Source of the DNA: Candidatus Staskawiczbacteria bacterium
Lineage (GTDB): Bacteria; Patescibacteriota; Minisyncoccia; Minisyncoccales; Staskawiczbacteraceae
Length of the DNA: 64,000 bases
Reading direction: 5' to 3'
NCBI GenBank assembly: GCA_026395295.1
Contig: JAPLYZ010000007.1
Span: 370-64,369 of the forward strand
Position 1 is the first letter of the stretch. Each line of letters opens with the position of its first letter. Below, one piece after another: positions 46,548 through 54,509 of the stretch. A program made the translations under genes and the position numbers. Below the pieces are notes generated by a model, which was given only the letters and a program-made list of their open reading frames with translations, was not told the origin of the DNA and searched no databases.

Positions 46548-47030
46548 TTAATCTAAAGCTGGGTTGCCACTGCATAAAATTCGCTTACTGCTTGCTTTAT
46601 CAATGCCCCAAAATGGAATTATGCTCCAAAAATGTTTTTCCCCGCCAATTACCTCTTTTACGATAACTTTTACACGAACATTTTCTAAAACAGCAATAAA
46701 TTCGTAAAATGTCATATCTTTCATAAGGTATTTCCATTGTCCGTTCGTATTATTGTTTTCAAACTGTTTCGTTTGCCAAATACCTTGAAGTGTATGCGAT
46801 TTTCTCAACACTTGTGGCGCAAGATGCAAAAGTTTTAATCGGGGGTATTGGTCTTTTTGCGCCCGTGCCTGCTGGTCAGATTTAAATTTAAGATGGCGAA
46901 GTCCTTTTGCGTTGAAAGATATTTTTTCTGAAAAATATGGACAATAAATTGAATCAAAATTTTGATAAAGTTTTTCCGCCTCGTCTTTGACCTTTGTAAA
47001 TTCCTCTTGATTAAAATTAAACTTTCCCAT
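46548..47030 (-). CDS. Hypothetical protein
   Basis: The ORF-track start at 47045 is TTG; I prefer ATG at 47030 (MGKFNFNQEEF) with an aaagg upstream. No confidently recognised motif. Confidence 0.45.
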   Translation of the reverse strand: MGKFNFNQEEFTKVKDEAEKLYQNFDSIYCPYFSEKISFNAKGLRHLKFKSDQQARAQKDQYPRLKLLHLAPQVLRKSHTLQGIWQTKQFENNNTNGQWKYLMKDMTFYEFIAVLENVRVKVIVKEVIGGEKHFWSIIPFWGIDKASSKRILCSGNPALD

Positions 47031-47045
47031 ACCTTTTTTTCTCAA

Positions 47046-48164
47046 TTATTTTTGTGACAAGAATTTTTCACAGGCTTGTTCAATCCTTTTCTTCATTTTT
47101 CCTTCAAAATTTGTTTTGGAACCAAGTCGCGCTTTATTGTGCTGAGAAAAAACAGCTCTCACTTTTTTAGTTATTGTATTTGGCAGATTTATAACTTCGG
47201 CATCTCCCTGCAACGTCAGTCTTCCCCTTTTTATAAAAGACTCCGCCATAACAATAATGTCTTTTCCGCCATAATTAGAAATTATAACGTCAAGCGCCCT
47301 ATCCGCATCTTCTAATTTCTGCGACCTCCTGTATTCCTCTGTAAAAGCGCTGGATAAAAAATCCAGCAGGTCTGTAGCCTTCTTGTCTTTCTCGCTTGTA
47401 ACCTTCTCCTTATTAAAAATAATATCTGGCATATTCAAAACCGGTTTACCTAATTTTCCATCTTCGTTTTCCTGAAAGATAATATCGCTGACCAGTATTT
47501 CGCCTACTGCCCCATGCTTATCGTGCATTTCCCCGATATATTTTGAGGCTTCGGCCAAGGCTTGGAATCTGTCGGCCACTTTTAGTTTATCGGATTTAAT
47601 CATATCTGACCTATAAACATCCTGAAGCGCCACACCTTGAGTATAAATTTCCGGCTTTTTAATTTCTATTCCGTTTTCATGAGGGCCATAATATTCAGAG
47701 AGACCTAACCTTTCAATATTTTTCGCCACTTCTTCGTTTCCTCCACGATATCTCTTGGTGCCGGGAGCTAAAAATCTTAAGAACCATTTTGGGTGGCTTT
47801 TAAGCAACTTCCACGGCTCCCTCACCGTGTGTTCGTCGAAAGTTCTAAGCACGGCGTCTCCCGCTTTATCAATTTTTGAAATAACTCCACTTGTGTCCCA
47901 AACCATTTTTCCGTCTTCAATTTTTATTTTCCCGCCATACACTCCAACTGTGCTTTTATATTCCTCGTTCGGCAGTCTTGATTCGTTAACTATTCCTTGG
48001 ACTTTCCTTCCCAAAGATTCCCTCATGAAACCCTCCTTGTCTGCTTCTTGTTGTGGCAATCCACCGCTCTCTAGACCCGTAGCCATCTTTTTTAAGGCAT
48101 CTGACATTTCTTTTTGCTCTTGAGTTTCATCTTCCGGAGCATTAAACTCTTCTTGTTTTGTCAT
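47046..48164 (-). CDS. Hypothetical protein, possibly kinase-like fold with substituted catalytic residues
   Basis: 372-aa ORF with an acidic N-terminus. EMHDKHGAVGEILVSDIIF resembles an HGDL...N kinase catalytic loop, but with E for D and no N. Weak. Confidence 0.3.
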   Translation of the reverse strand: MTKQEEFNAPEDETQEQKEMSDALKKMATGLESGGLPQQEADKEGFMRESLGRKVQGIVNESRLPNEEYKSTVGVYGGKIKIEDGKMVWDTSGVISKIDKAGDAVLRTFDEHTVREPWKLLKSHPKWFLRFLAPGTKRYRGGNEEVAKNIERLGLSEYYGPHENGIEIKKPEIYTQGVALQDVYRSDMIKSDKLKVADRFQALAEASKYIGEMHDKHGAVGEILVSDIIFQENEDGKLGKPVLNMPDIIFNKEKVTSEKDKKATDLLDFLSSAFTEEYRRSQKLEDADRALDVIISNYGGKDIIVMAESFIKRGRLTLQGDAEVINLPNTITKKVRAVFSQHNKARLGSKTNFEGKMKKRIEQACEKFLSQK

Positions 48165-48170
48165 ATTTTT

Positions 48171-49211
48171 CTAATTACTAAATAATTGTTTGGCTTCGTT
48201 CCATATTCCGGGCTGATTTTGAGTGGTTTTCATCCAGTACCACCATTCTACTCCCCAAAAATAAAATTTGTCCAGGCCTGTTTCTTTGGCAAACTCAACA
48301 TCCTCATTAAAAATATCCGGGTTCATTGATTTTAACTGTTCGTCTAATGGAGCATCCATTAGAGCTTTCGATGCCCAAGGTTCTGCCTGTAATTCTATAC
48401 AAATAACTTTTTTCCCAAATTTGTCTTTTATAATTTGAGCTTTCTTAGCATAAGTCATGGGGTTTAAAAAAGAGTAATTGGCATTAAAACCAAAGGTATC
48501 TGTAACGTGCACCCAAGCGTTTCTATACATTGTAATTCCGACAATGTCGGCTATTTCCGCAGCGTTAGTCCATGCTGACTGCTCTCCCGAATCAGAGATA
48601 ATTATCTGACGCGAAGGATCAAGCGATTTTACCAAAGCAACTTCCGTTTTCAAAAAATTATCATTTTTGTAATACCATGCCGGACATTCGCCAAACTTAA
48701 ACAGAGGCTCATTTTCTACCTGCCAATTAATAATGGCTTTTGAATTTTTATATCTTAAAACAACCTCGGTGATATATTTTAATAACTCAGCCTGCTGACG
48801 GTCTTCCGACAAATTCCGAACCCAGCCGGGAGTGTGGCACTCGGGCCATCGTCCGGTTTTCATTCCAAGCACGTAAATGACTTTCACATTATTTTGCTCG
48901 GCCCGTTTTATCTGCCAATCAACGTCATCAAAATAGAAACTATCTTGTTTGCCCTCAATCCAATTCCAATTTGTGTGAAGTTTTATGTTTTTTACGCCCA
49001 AATCATTAATTATGGCAGAGTAGGCTTCTTTCCAATTAAGTTTCAAATATTCTGCTTGGGACTGAGAGAAATCAACTCCCCAAATGCTATCTTCAACAAT
49101 CGTAACCTTCCCGGAAGAAAAATAAAAAAACATTGCGCCAAGCGCCAATGCCAGTGAAATTACTATAGCTACAAATGCCCAAAGAAATATTTTAAAAAAT
49201 TTAGACATCAA
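48171..49211 (-). CDS. Membrane-anchored clan GH-A (TIM-barrel) glycoside hydrolase
   Basis: 346-aa ORF. N-terminal TM helix; NWQVENEP (acid/base NEP motif) and a later IELQAEPW candidate nucleophile. Confidence 0.6.
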   Translation of the reverse strand: MMSKFFKIFLWAFVAIVISLALALGAMFFYFSSGKVTIVEDSIWGVDFSQSQAEYLKLNWKEAYSAIINDLGVKNIKLHTNWNWIEGKQDSFYFDDVDWQIKRAEQNNVKVIYVLGMKTGRWPECHTPGWVRNLSEDRQQAELLKYITEVVLRYKNSKAIINWQVENEPLFKFGECPAWYYKNDNFLKTEVALVKSLDPSRQIIISDSGEQSAWTNAAEIADIVGITMYRNAWVHVTDTFGFNANYSFLNPMTYAKKAQIIKDKFGKKVICIELQAEPWASKALMDAPLDEQLKSMNPDIFNEDVEFAKETGLDKFYFWGVEWWYWMKTTQNQPGIWNEAKQLFSN

Positions 49212-49232
49212 AAATTAATTATTAATTAGAAA

Positions 49233-50528
49233 TTAGGAATTAGAAATTATTTGCTCAATGTTGTATGTTCCTTTTTTTTCAATTTCCATAAAACCCTGCA
49301 TTGCCATTTCCGCCAAATCGCCTCCGTCCAATAAATCATAAAACCACTGGTCAGTATATTTTAAGGTTTCTTGAGCAGCGCCGGCGCCTATGTGCAACAG
49401 CCACTTTTTATTAAAATCCTCTTGCGAACCAATTGTTGGCGCAATAATTATGGGAATTCCCAAACCCGCGTAAAAAGAAAGCTCTGATGGTTTTGTCCAC
49501 AAAACATCTGTTTCCCTAAGCGCTTCATTGAAGTTTTTAAAGTATTCGTCTGTTGTCATTCCGGAAAGTATTTGGACCCATCCATCTAATTTTAAGTCTT
49601 TAATATTTTCCATAAAATATCTTCTCAGCTCCTCTCTTACTCCAACGGCAATAACAAATCTTAGTTTCTTGTCTTTTATCTTTTCTTTCAAACTGTTTAT
49701 CGCCCCCAAAGGCACTTCTTTCTGCGCCCCGGCGCCCCCTATAGAAAACATTATAGTTAAAGGATGGTCTGACTTTTGTGGCAATTTTCCTAAGGAACCT
49801 TTAATCAATGGTTCATAGGTTTTTCTGTATCGTCTGCTTGGATCTAAATTCAGAATACGGTGCCCCATATCTTGCTTCAAAATTTCCAAATTTTTGCCTA
49901 GGTTTTCTTTGGGCAGAGGGTATCCGGTCAAAAAAATGCGCTCTGGTTTTACGCCATAAAGTTTTAACCTATCCCTCACCCATGTACAAGGAGCAAAATA
50001 CTCAATCTTGCTTTTTTGAGAGTTTAACGAAACCCATGACCTGTTTATATCCGCATCGCAAATAACGCAATAAATTTTCCCTGGATATTTCAATTCTTCG
50101 GCCATAAAAGCCGGAGTGAAAAATGTAGACACTATTGGCAATGGATTCTTTTTGAACCTTTCAATCAAGTCTCTGCCCCATCCTTTCCTGATAAAATAAA
50201 AAATGTTTTTTAAGGAAAAAACCGGACGAGATAAGTCCCTCTTAGGATAGTAAGTTAAAATCCTTTGAAACCTATCCAAAAGAGAAAAAACAGGATCTCC
50301 AAAAAAAGGGATCCTTTTGAATCTTGAAATAAATTCGTACAGATAACGGGTCTGCTGCCAAAAATTTTTGTCTTTCTTGGGTATGCCGTCGTAGTTATTG
50401 GCGCAAATAACCTTGTCGCCAAAAGCAATATCCCTCAACGGATAAGCTGTTCTCTGATGACCATAGCCCATGTCAGCGGCTACCACCCAAGCCTGTCCTT
50501 GTTTTGTTATTTTTTTTCTGTTTTCCAT
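49233..50528 (-). CDS. GT-B-fold glycosyltransferase-like protein (MGDG-synthase/GT28-like), tentative
   Basis: 431-aa ORF. AADMGYGHQRTAYPL near the N-terminus and MFSIGGAGAQKE in the second half resemble the two Rossmann halves of GT28-type enzymes. Confidence 0.35.
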   Translation of the reverse strand: MENRKKITKQGQAWVVAADMGYGHQRTAYPLRDIAFGDKVICANNYDGIPKKDKNFWQQTRYLYEFISRFKRIPFFGDPVFSLLDRFQRILTYYPKRDLSRPVFSLKNIFYFIRKGWGRDLIERFKKNPLPIVSTFFTPAFMAEELKYPGKIYCVICDADINRSWVSLNSQKSKIEYFAPCTWVRDRLKLYGVKPERIFLTGYPLPKENLGKNLEILKQDMGHRILNLDPSRRYRKTYEPLIKGSLGKLPQKSDHPLTIMFSIGGAGAQKEVPLGAINSLKEKIKDKKLRFVIAVGVREELRRYFMENIKDLKLDGWVQILSGMTTDEYFKNFNEALRETDVLWTKPSELSFYAGLGIPIIIAPTIGSQEDFNKKWLLHIGAGAAQETLKYTDQWFYDLLDGGDLAEMAMQGFMEIEKKGTYNIEQIISNS

Positions 50529-50578
50529 TATTACTATTATACATTATTTTTTAGAAAGTTTTAACACCCCTGCACATA

Positions 50579-50607
50579 CTTGCAAATAAATGTATATGTG
50601 ATATAAT
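50579..50607 (+). promoter_or_regulatory. Sigma-70-like promoter for 50675..51118
   Basis: TTGCAA (50579..50584), 17 nt spacer, TATAAT (50602..50607). GGGAG Shine-Dalgarno before the ATG. Confidence 0.55.
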
Positions 50608-50674
50608 ATATTTACTCGCGTTGAATAATGGAACAATGTGAGAACAGAACCTTTACAAGTTAGGGAGCTAAATT

Positions 50675-51118
50675 ATGGAAAGATATCGTGCTATAAAGAA
50701 TCCGAATCCGAAAGCTATATTCATCAGATGCGGAGACCCGCGGTTTAGGATAGCGTTTCGCGATTTTCCCAAAGAATTGGGATTTGAACAGGGAGATTTC
50801 GTGCCGATCGACGTTGCCGGAGGACCGGCGGCGCTGGCGTACAGAAGAACACGTGCGGCCGACTTCTGCCACATGAGACGGCAAATTGAATTTTTCCTTG
50901 GCCACTTCAGATCTATTCAGTTGGTGGTTATCATTGGCCACCAAGATTGCGGTTATTACAAAGCCATTGGGAATCCGGCTCCGGACCAGGAGAAGCTTGA
51001 CCTACCAAAAGCCGCGAAAACCATTCGAGGAATGGCGCCAGAAGCGGAAGTTCAATCCTACTATGCCAAATTCGCTGACGAAAGTCGCGAAGAAATCGTT
51101 TTTGAAAAAGTAGGGTGA
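50675..51118 (+). CDS. Small beta-carbonic-anhydrase-like protein (GC-rich orphan gene)
   Basis: 147-aa ORF. IRCGDPR (CxDxR) and IGHQDCG (HxxC) are the two beta-CA zinc-ligand motifs; GDFVPIDVAGG resembles the GD.FV.RNAGN segment. Hand count 30/60 G+C at 50761-50820. Confidence 0.45.
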   Translation: MERYRAIKNPNPKAIFIRCGDPRFRIAFRDFPKELGFEQGDFVPIDVAGGPAALAYRRTRAADFCHMRRQIEFFLGHFRSIQLVVIIGHQDCGYYKAIGNPAPDQEKLDLPKAAKTIRGMAPEAEVQSYYAKFADESREEIVFEKVG

Positions 51119-51133
51119 CAAACCCTAAGCGTT

Positions 51134-51160
51134 GTCGTGGAAAAATCCACGGCTTTTTTT
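51134..51160 (+). terminator. Rho-independent terminator of 50675..51118
   Basis: gtcgtgga-aaaa-tccacggc stem-loop followed by TTTTTTT (51154..51160). Confidence 0.75.
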
Positions 51161-51166
51161 ATTAAA

Positions 51167-52660
51167 CTAAATAAACTTTCGAGTATATTTTCTGTTCAAA
51201 TAACTTGTGACAGAAGCTATTGTTAAATAGGAAATGGCCAGCCATGCCCAATGAATGTTTTGAACTGTTTTCATCGCCCATGGTTGCGAGAAAAAATCTA
51301 TCACTTTTACAAAATATGTCAGCAAAAGCCAGCAAGGAACAGATAAAATCCAGCCCAACCAACTGGAAAAAACTCCGGCTATTGACGCTAAAAATCCAAG
51401 ACCCATAAGCCATGAAACAATAGGCAAAACCAAAAAATTTGTAACAGGCGCCACAAAAGATATATTCCCGAAGTTATAAACCATAACGGGTAAGGTGAAA
51501 ATTTGAGCCGCAAAAGTTGTTGAAACAATACTGACCAGGTTTTCCGCTTTATCTTTGGTAAAAACTTTTATAAATTTTTTAATAAGCGGGTCTAAATATA
51601 TCAACCCCAAAACAGCCAAAAAAGAAAGCTGAAACCCAACATCATAAATTAGAAGCAAAGGGTTTATCAAAAGCATTATTGAACAAGCTAAAGTTATCAA
51701 CCTAGAACTCATGGTTTGTCTGCCAATTTTTTGGGATAAAAGATAGACTCCGCCCATAATGCCGGCCCTTACTCCAGAAGACGGCAAACCGGTCAGCACA
51801 ATATATGTACAGATAAAAACCATTGCAATATAAAAAGCCTGCCCTCTCCAGAAACCCATGGCCAGCAACAGAAACATAATAATTGAAGCCAAAATCACAA
51901 CATGCGTGCCGGAAACAGCTATGACATGACGCAGTCCGGTGATATTAAGCTTTACCTTCAAATCATTTGTCATGGCTCCATTATCTCCCAATATTGTTCC
52001 TTCTAAAATTGAACTTTGCGGAGGTAAAAAATTATGCTTGATGCTTTCCCTTATCTTTCCTTTGAAAAACAAAATCCAAGAATAAATTTTTTGAAATATA
52101 CTCGGCTTTATTTTGCCTACTTCCCCGCCCGAGGCGGGTCCGCCTAGGGCGGAAATCTTAGGGAACCCCATTATAGAGTAAATATGGTCTTTTAATAAAT
52201 AATTTTTATAATTAAAAGTATCGGTAACTGATGGAGTTTCCAGTTTACCTGTAATTTTTACTGTGTCTAAATACTTATATTCAGGATATCGGTTGGTGGT
52301 TACCAGAATTACACTATCGCCAACTTCTACTTTCAACTTCTGGAAAGTGTCTCTGACATCCGGCTCGCCTGCAACTACGCCGGTCATAAAAACTTGCCCC
52401 CTCCCATTAAACTTACTTAATTTATCATTAGCGATATTGAATTCTGAAATCTGAACCCTCACAATGCCGACGACTATCAATAATAAACATAACCCTGCGA
52501 CAGAGCTTACCCTCTTTACTAAAAAAGATAAAAAAACAAGAACGACCCCCAAAAATAAAATCCCCCAAATAAAATTTTGAGGAATTTTTATTACAGATTC
52601 CAAAAATATTCCCGCAACAAATGACAGACAAAAATAAAATAATATCTTAGACGCGCTCAT
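51167..52660 (-). CDS. comEC: ComEC/Rec2-family DNA-uptake channel protein (no metallo-beta-lactamase domain)
   Basis: 497-aa polytopic ORF. ITGLRHVIAVSGTHVVIL competence-domain motif; N-terminal OB/DUF4131-like region. Confidence 0.8.
   Translation of the reverse strand: MSASKILFYFCLSFVAGIFLESVIKIPQNFIWGILFLGVVLVFLSFLVKRVSSVAGLCLLLIVVGIVRVQISEFNIANDKLSKFNGRGQVFMTGVVAGEPDVRDTFQKLKVEVGDSVILVTTNRYPEYKYLDTVKITGKLETPSVTDTFNYKNYLLKDHIYSIMGFPKISALGGPASGGEVGKIKPSIFQKIYSWILFFKGKIRESIKHNFLPPQSSILEGTILGDNGAMTNDLKVKLNITGLRHVIAVSGTHVVILASIIMFLLLAMGFWRGQAFYIAMVFICTYIVLTGLPSSGVRAGIMGGVYLLSQKIGRQTMSSRLITLACSIMLLINPLLLIYDVGFQLSFLAVLGLIYLDPLIKKFIKVFTKDKAENLVSIVSTTFAAQIFTLPVMVYNFGNISFVAPVTNFLVLPIVSWLMGLGFLASIAGVFSSWLGWILSVPCWLLLTYFVKVIDFFSQPWAMKTVQNIHWAWLAISYLTIASVTSYLNRKYTRKFI
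52124..52153. repeat. Two tandem GC-rich mini-hairpins inside comEC
   Basis: cccgcc-cga-ggcggg (52124..52138) and tccgcc-tag-ggcgga (52139..52153), translated in frame as SALGGPASGG. Confidence 0.7.
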
Positions 52661-52675
52661 CCTTATTGTACAGTA

Positions 52676-52711
52676 GTCTTACAAATATACAAGCTTATAT
52701 ATTTGTAAGAC
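52676..52711. promoter_or_regulatory. 36-bp palindrome A-left (gtcttacaaatata-c-aagctt-a-tatatttgtaagac)
   Basis: 14-bp perfect arms around an AAGCTT core. It ends 1 nt before the stop codon of 52713..53240 and 15 nt upstream of the comEC ATG. Confidence 0.8.
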
Positions 52712-52712
52712 G

Positions 52713-53240
52713 TTAGATTTCTTCAATTATAAATACTTTAACGTAATTATCTAATGAATGCATCTGCAACAATTGCTCTGTTTTCCCTGAAACATCATAA
52801 GGTGAAACCCAAACGCTTTGTTGAAGTAATTTATAGCCAAGATTAATCAAAATGCTCTTTAATAGATTCCTTGCCTTTCTACGCTTTTCAGGAATATCAA
52901 AAATTAACATTATCCACTTGCCATCTTTTCTCTTCTTCTTTCCTTCGATAGCAAAACTTGCTTTCAGCGCCTTACTTATCCCATCTTTTGTAAGAATTAT
53001 AGCTTTTTTATTTTCTAAATTTTTTATCTTTATGTAGCCTTTTCTCTTAAGATAATAAATAAGGTTTCTGAACTCCCTTTTGTTTCTGTCGTTTCTGTAT
53101 TTTTTATAAATTGGGTTTTGCGGACCTGGCAAGAAGTTCCTCATAGTAGGCGCTCTGAACGCAAAATCAGCAATATTGCCCGCACTGCTCAAAAAATTAT
53201 AGACATCCCAAAGAAACTGATCTGTGATTGATATTCTCAT
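52713..53240 (-). CDS. wHTH + Cas2-like (PaaX-type) DNA-binding protein, paralog 1
   Basis: 175-aa ORF. wHTH-like FRNLIYYLKRKGYIKIKNLENKKAIILTKDGISKA, then a Cas2/PaaX-middle-domain-like core KWIMLIFDIPEKRRKARNLLKSILINLGYKLLQQSVWVSPYD. Confidence 0.6.
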   Translation of the reverse strand: MRISITDQFLWDVYNFLSSAGNIADFAFRAPTMRNFLPGPQNPIYKKYRNDRNKREFRNLIYYLKRKGYIKIKNLENKKAIILTKDGISKALKASFAIEGKKKRKDGKWIMLIFDIPEKRRKARNLLKSILINLGYKLLQQSVWVSPYDVSGKTEQLLQMHSLDNYVKVFIIEEI

Positions 53241-53290
53241 TTTAGTATCATCTTAATATCGTTCGTCTCCTACATTTTATATTTTATCAC

Positions 53291-53328
53291 AGTCTTACAA
53301 ATTTAGAAGCTTGTATATTTGTAAGACT
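53291..53328. promoter_or_regulatory. 38-bp palindrome A-right (agtcttacaaat-ttag-aagctt-gtat-atttgtaagact)
   Basis: 12-bp perfect outer arms with the same half-site and AAGCTT core as 52676..52711. It lies 50 nt upstream of the ATG at 53240, with TAAAAT boxes between. Confidence 0.8.
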
Positions 53329-53365
53329 ATTTATCATGGGAAAAGTAGATAAAAACAGACAAGAA

Positions 53366-53394
53366 TTGACAAAAAAATTAATTAGGATTAACAT
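53366..53394 (+). promoter_or_regulatory. Sigma-70-like promoter for 53437..53727
   Basis: TTGACA (53366..53371), 17 nt spacer, TAACAT (53389..53394). Confidence 0.5.
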
Positions 53395-53436
53395 AAAAAT
53401 AAGTTAACAATTCGAACTTTGACAAAAGGATTCCCG

Positions 53437-53727
53437 ATGAATAAATTGAATGCAATTTTTGATAAGATGGCAAGGGCAATCGCGCCATTTTCATGGCCCT
53501 TGGCAATTATCTGCAGCTTGCTAACGTTCGCTTACCAATCGACTAAGCTGCATAATAGCCCAACATTCACTGCCGTCTTTGCCGGCGTTTTTCTCTCCTG
53601 CTCAATCTTTTTATGGGCCGAGTTCTGGATAAGGCGCAATCGGCTTTATCCCCTTGCCGGGCTTTGCTCTTCAATCTGGTTGCTTATGAGTACGATGCTT
53701 TTCATCAAGCTCATCGAGCTGTTATAA
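53437..53727 (+). CDS. Small membrane protein (hypothetical)
   Basis: The ORF-track start at 53419 is TTG; I prefer ATG at 53437 (MNKLNAIFDK) with aagga 8 nt upstream. About three hydrophobic helices. Looks GC-richer than its flanks by eye (no count made). Confidence 0.5.
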   Translation: MNKLNAIFDKMARAIAPFSWPLAIICSLLTFAYQSTKLHNSPTFTAVFAGVFLSCSIFLWAEFWIRRNRLYPLAGLCSSIWLLMSTMLFIKLIELL

Positions 53728-53728
53728 T

Positions 53729-53759
53729 GCCCCCCCCCGGCTTTAAGGGGGCTTTTTTT
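53729..53759 (+). terminator. Rho-independent terminator of 53437..53727
   Basis: gccccc...gggggc stem followed by TTTTTTT. It overlaps the nrdG stop region. Confidence 0.65.
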
Positions 53760-54462
53760 ATCTAAGTTGGCAGAGTTTAAAATATGGCGAAATTTCTTTG
53801 ACAATTTCATCCAAAAAATCTTTTTTGAATGGTTTTACTTTCTCGAATTCCGGGTCAATGGTTTTTTCTGCCCTAAAATTTTGCAAATAGTATTTAACAT
53901 TTTTACCGCCAATCCATTTTGCAATTTCCAAAAAATCTTCTTTCGTGTGTATTGTAGGCACAACAGTTGTGCGAAATTCAAAATCCAATTTCCCATTTTT
54001 CAAAAAACCAACACTTTCTTTTATTTTGTCTATTGTTATCCCTTCTGTCATTAAGCTTTGATAAGCAGGATTTTTAGGGGAGGCCTTGATGTCCATTGCA
54101 ACGTAATCTATTAAATTTTTGCTAATTAAATCTTCCAAAATTTCCGGGTTTGAACCATTGGTATCTAACTTAACGAAATATCCTAAAATTTTAATTTTTT
54201 CTATAAACTGAGCCAACTCTTTATTTATTGTCGGCTCTCCTCCACAGACTACGACCCCTTCTAAAAGTCCTTGCCGGCTTTTTAAAAAATCAAAAAACTC
54301 TTTTTCAGAAATTCTCGGCTGTTTTACAATTTTCAAAGGTAAAACCAGCTCCGAGGAATAACACCACGGACATCTGAAGTTACACCCAGCCAAAAAAACA
54401 ACACAGGCAATTTTCCCCGGGTAATCAATTAAAGTTGTTTTTTGCAAGCCGGCGATTATCAT
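53758..54462 (-). CDS. nrdG: Anaerobic ribonucleoside-triphosphate reductase activating protein (radical SAM)
   Basis: 234-aa ORF. VVFLAGCNFRCPWCYS (CxxxCxxC) and VVCGGEPT. Downstream of nrdD. Confidence 0.85.
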   Translation of the reverse strand: MIIAGLQKTTLIDYPGKIACVVFLAGCNFRCPWCYSSELVLPLKIVKQPRISEKEFFDFLKSRQGLLEGVVVCGGEPTINKELAQFIEKIKILGYFVKLDTNGSNPEILEDLISKNLIDYVAMDIKASPKNPAYQSLMTEGITIDKIKESVGFLKNGKLDFEFRTTVVPTIHTKEDFLEIAKWIGGKNVKYYLQNFRAEKTIDPEFEKVKPFKKDFLDEIVKEISPYFKLCQLR

Positions 54463-54475
54463 ACTTTAATATAAC

Positions 54476-54506
54476 AAAAAAGCCCCTTACTTAAAAGGGC
54501 TTTTTT
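54476..54506 (-). terminator. Terminator-like hairpin between nrdD and nrdG
   Basis: agcccctt-actt-aaaagggct flanked by an A-run (54476..54480) and a T-run (54501..54506). On the minus strand the hairpin is followed by TTTTT. Confidence 0.55.
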
Positions 54507-54509
54507 ATT

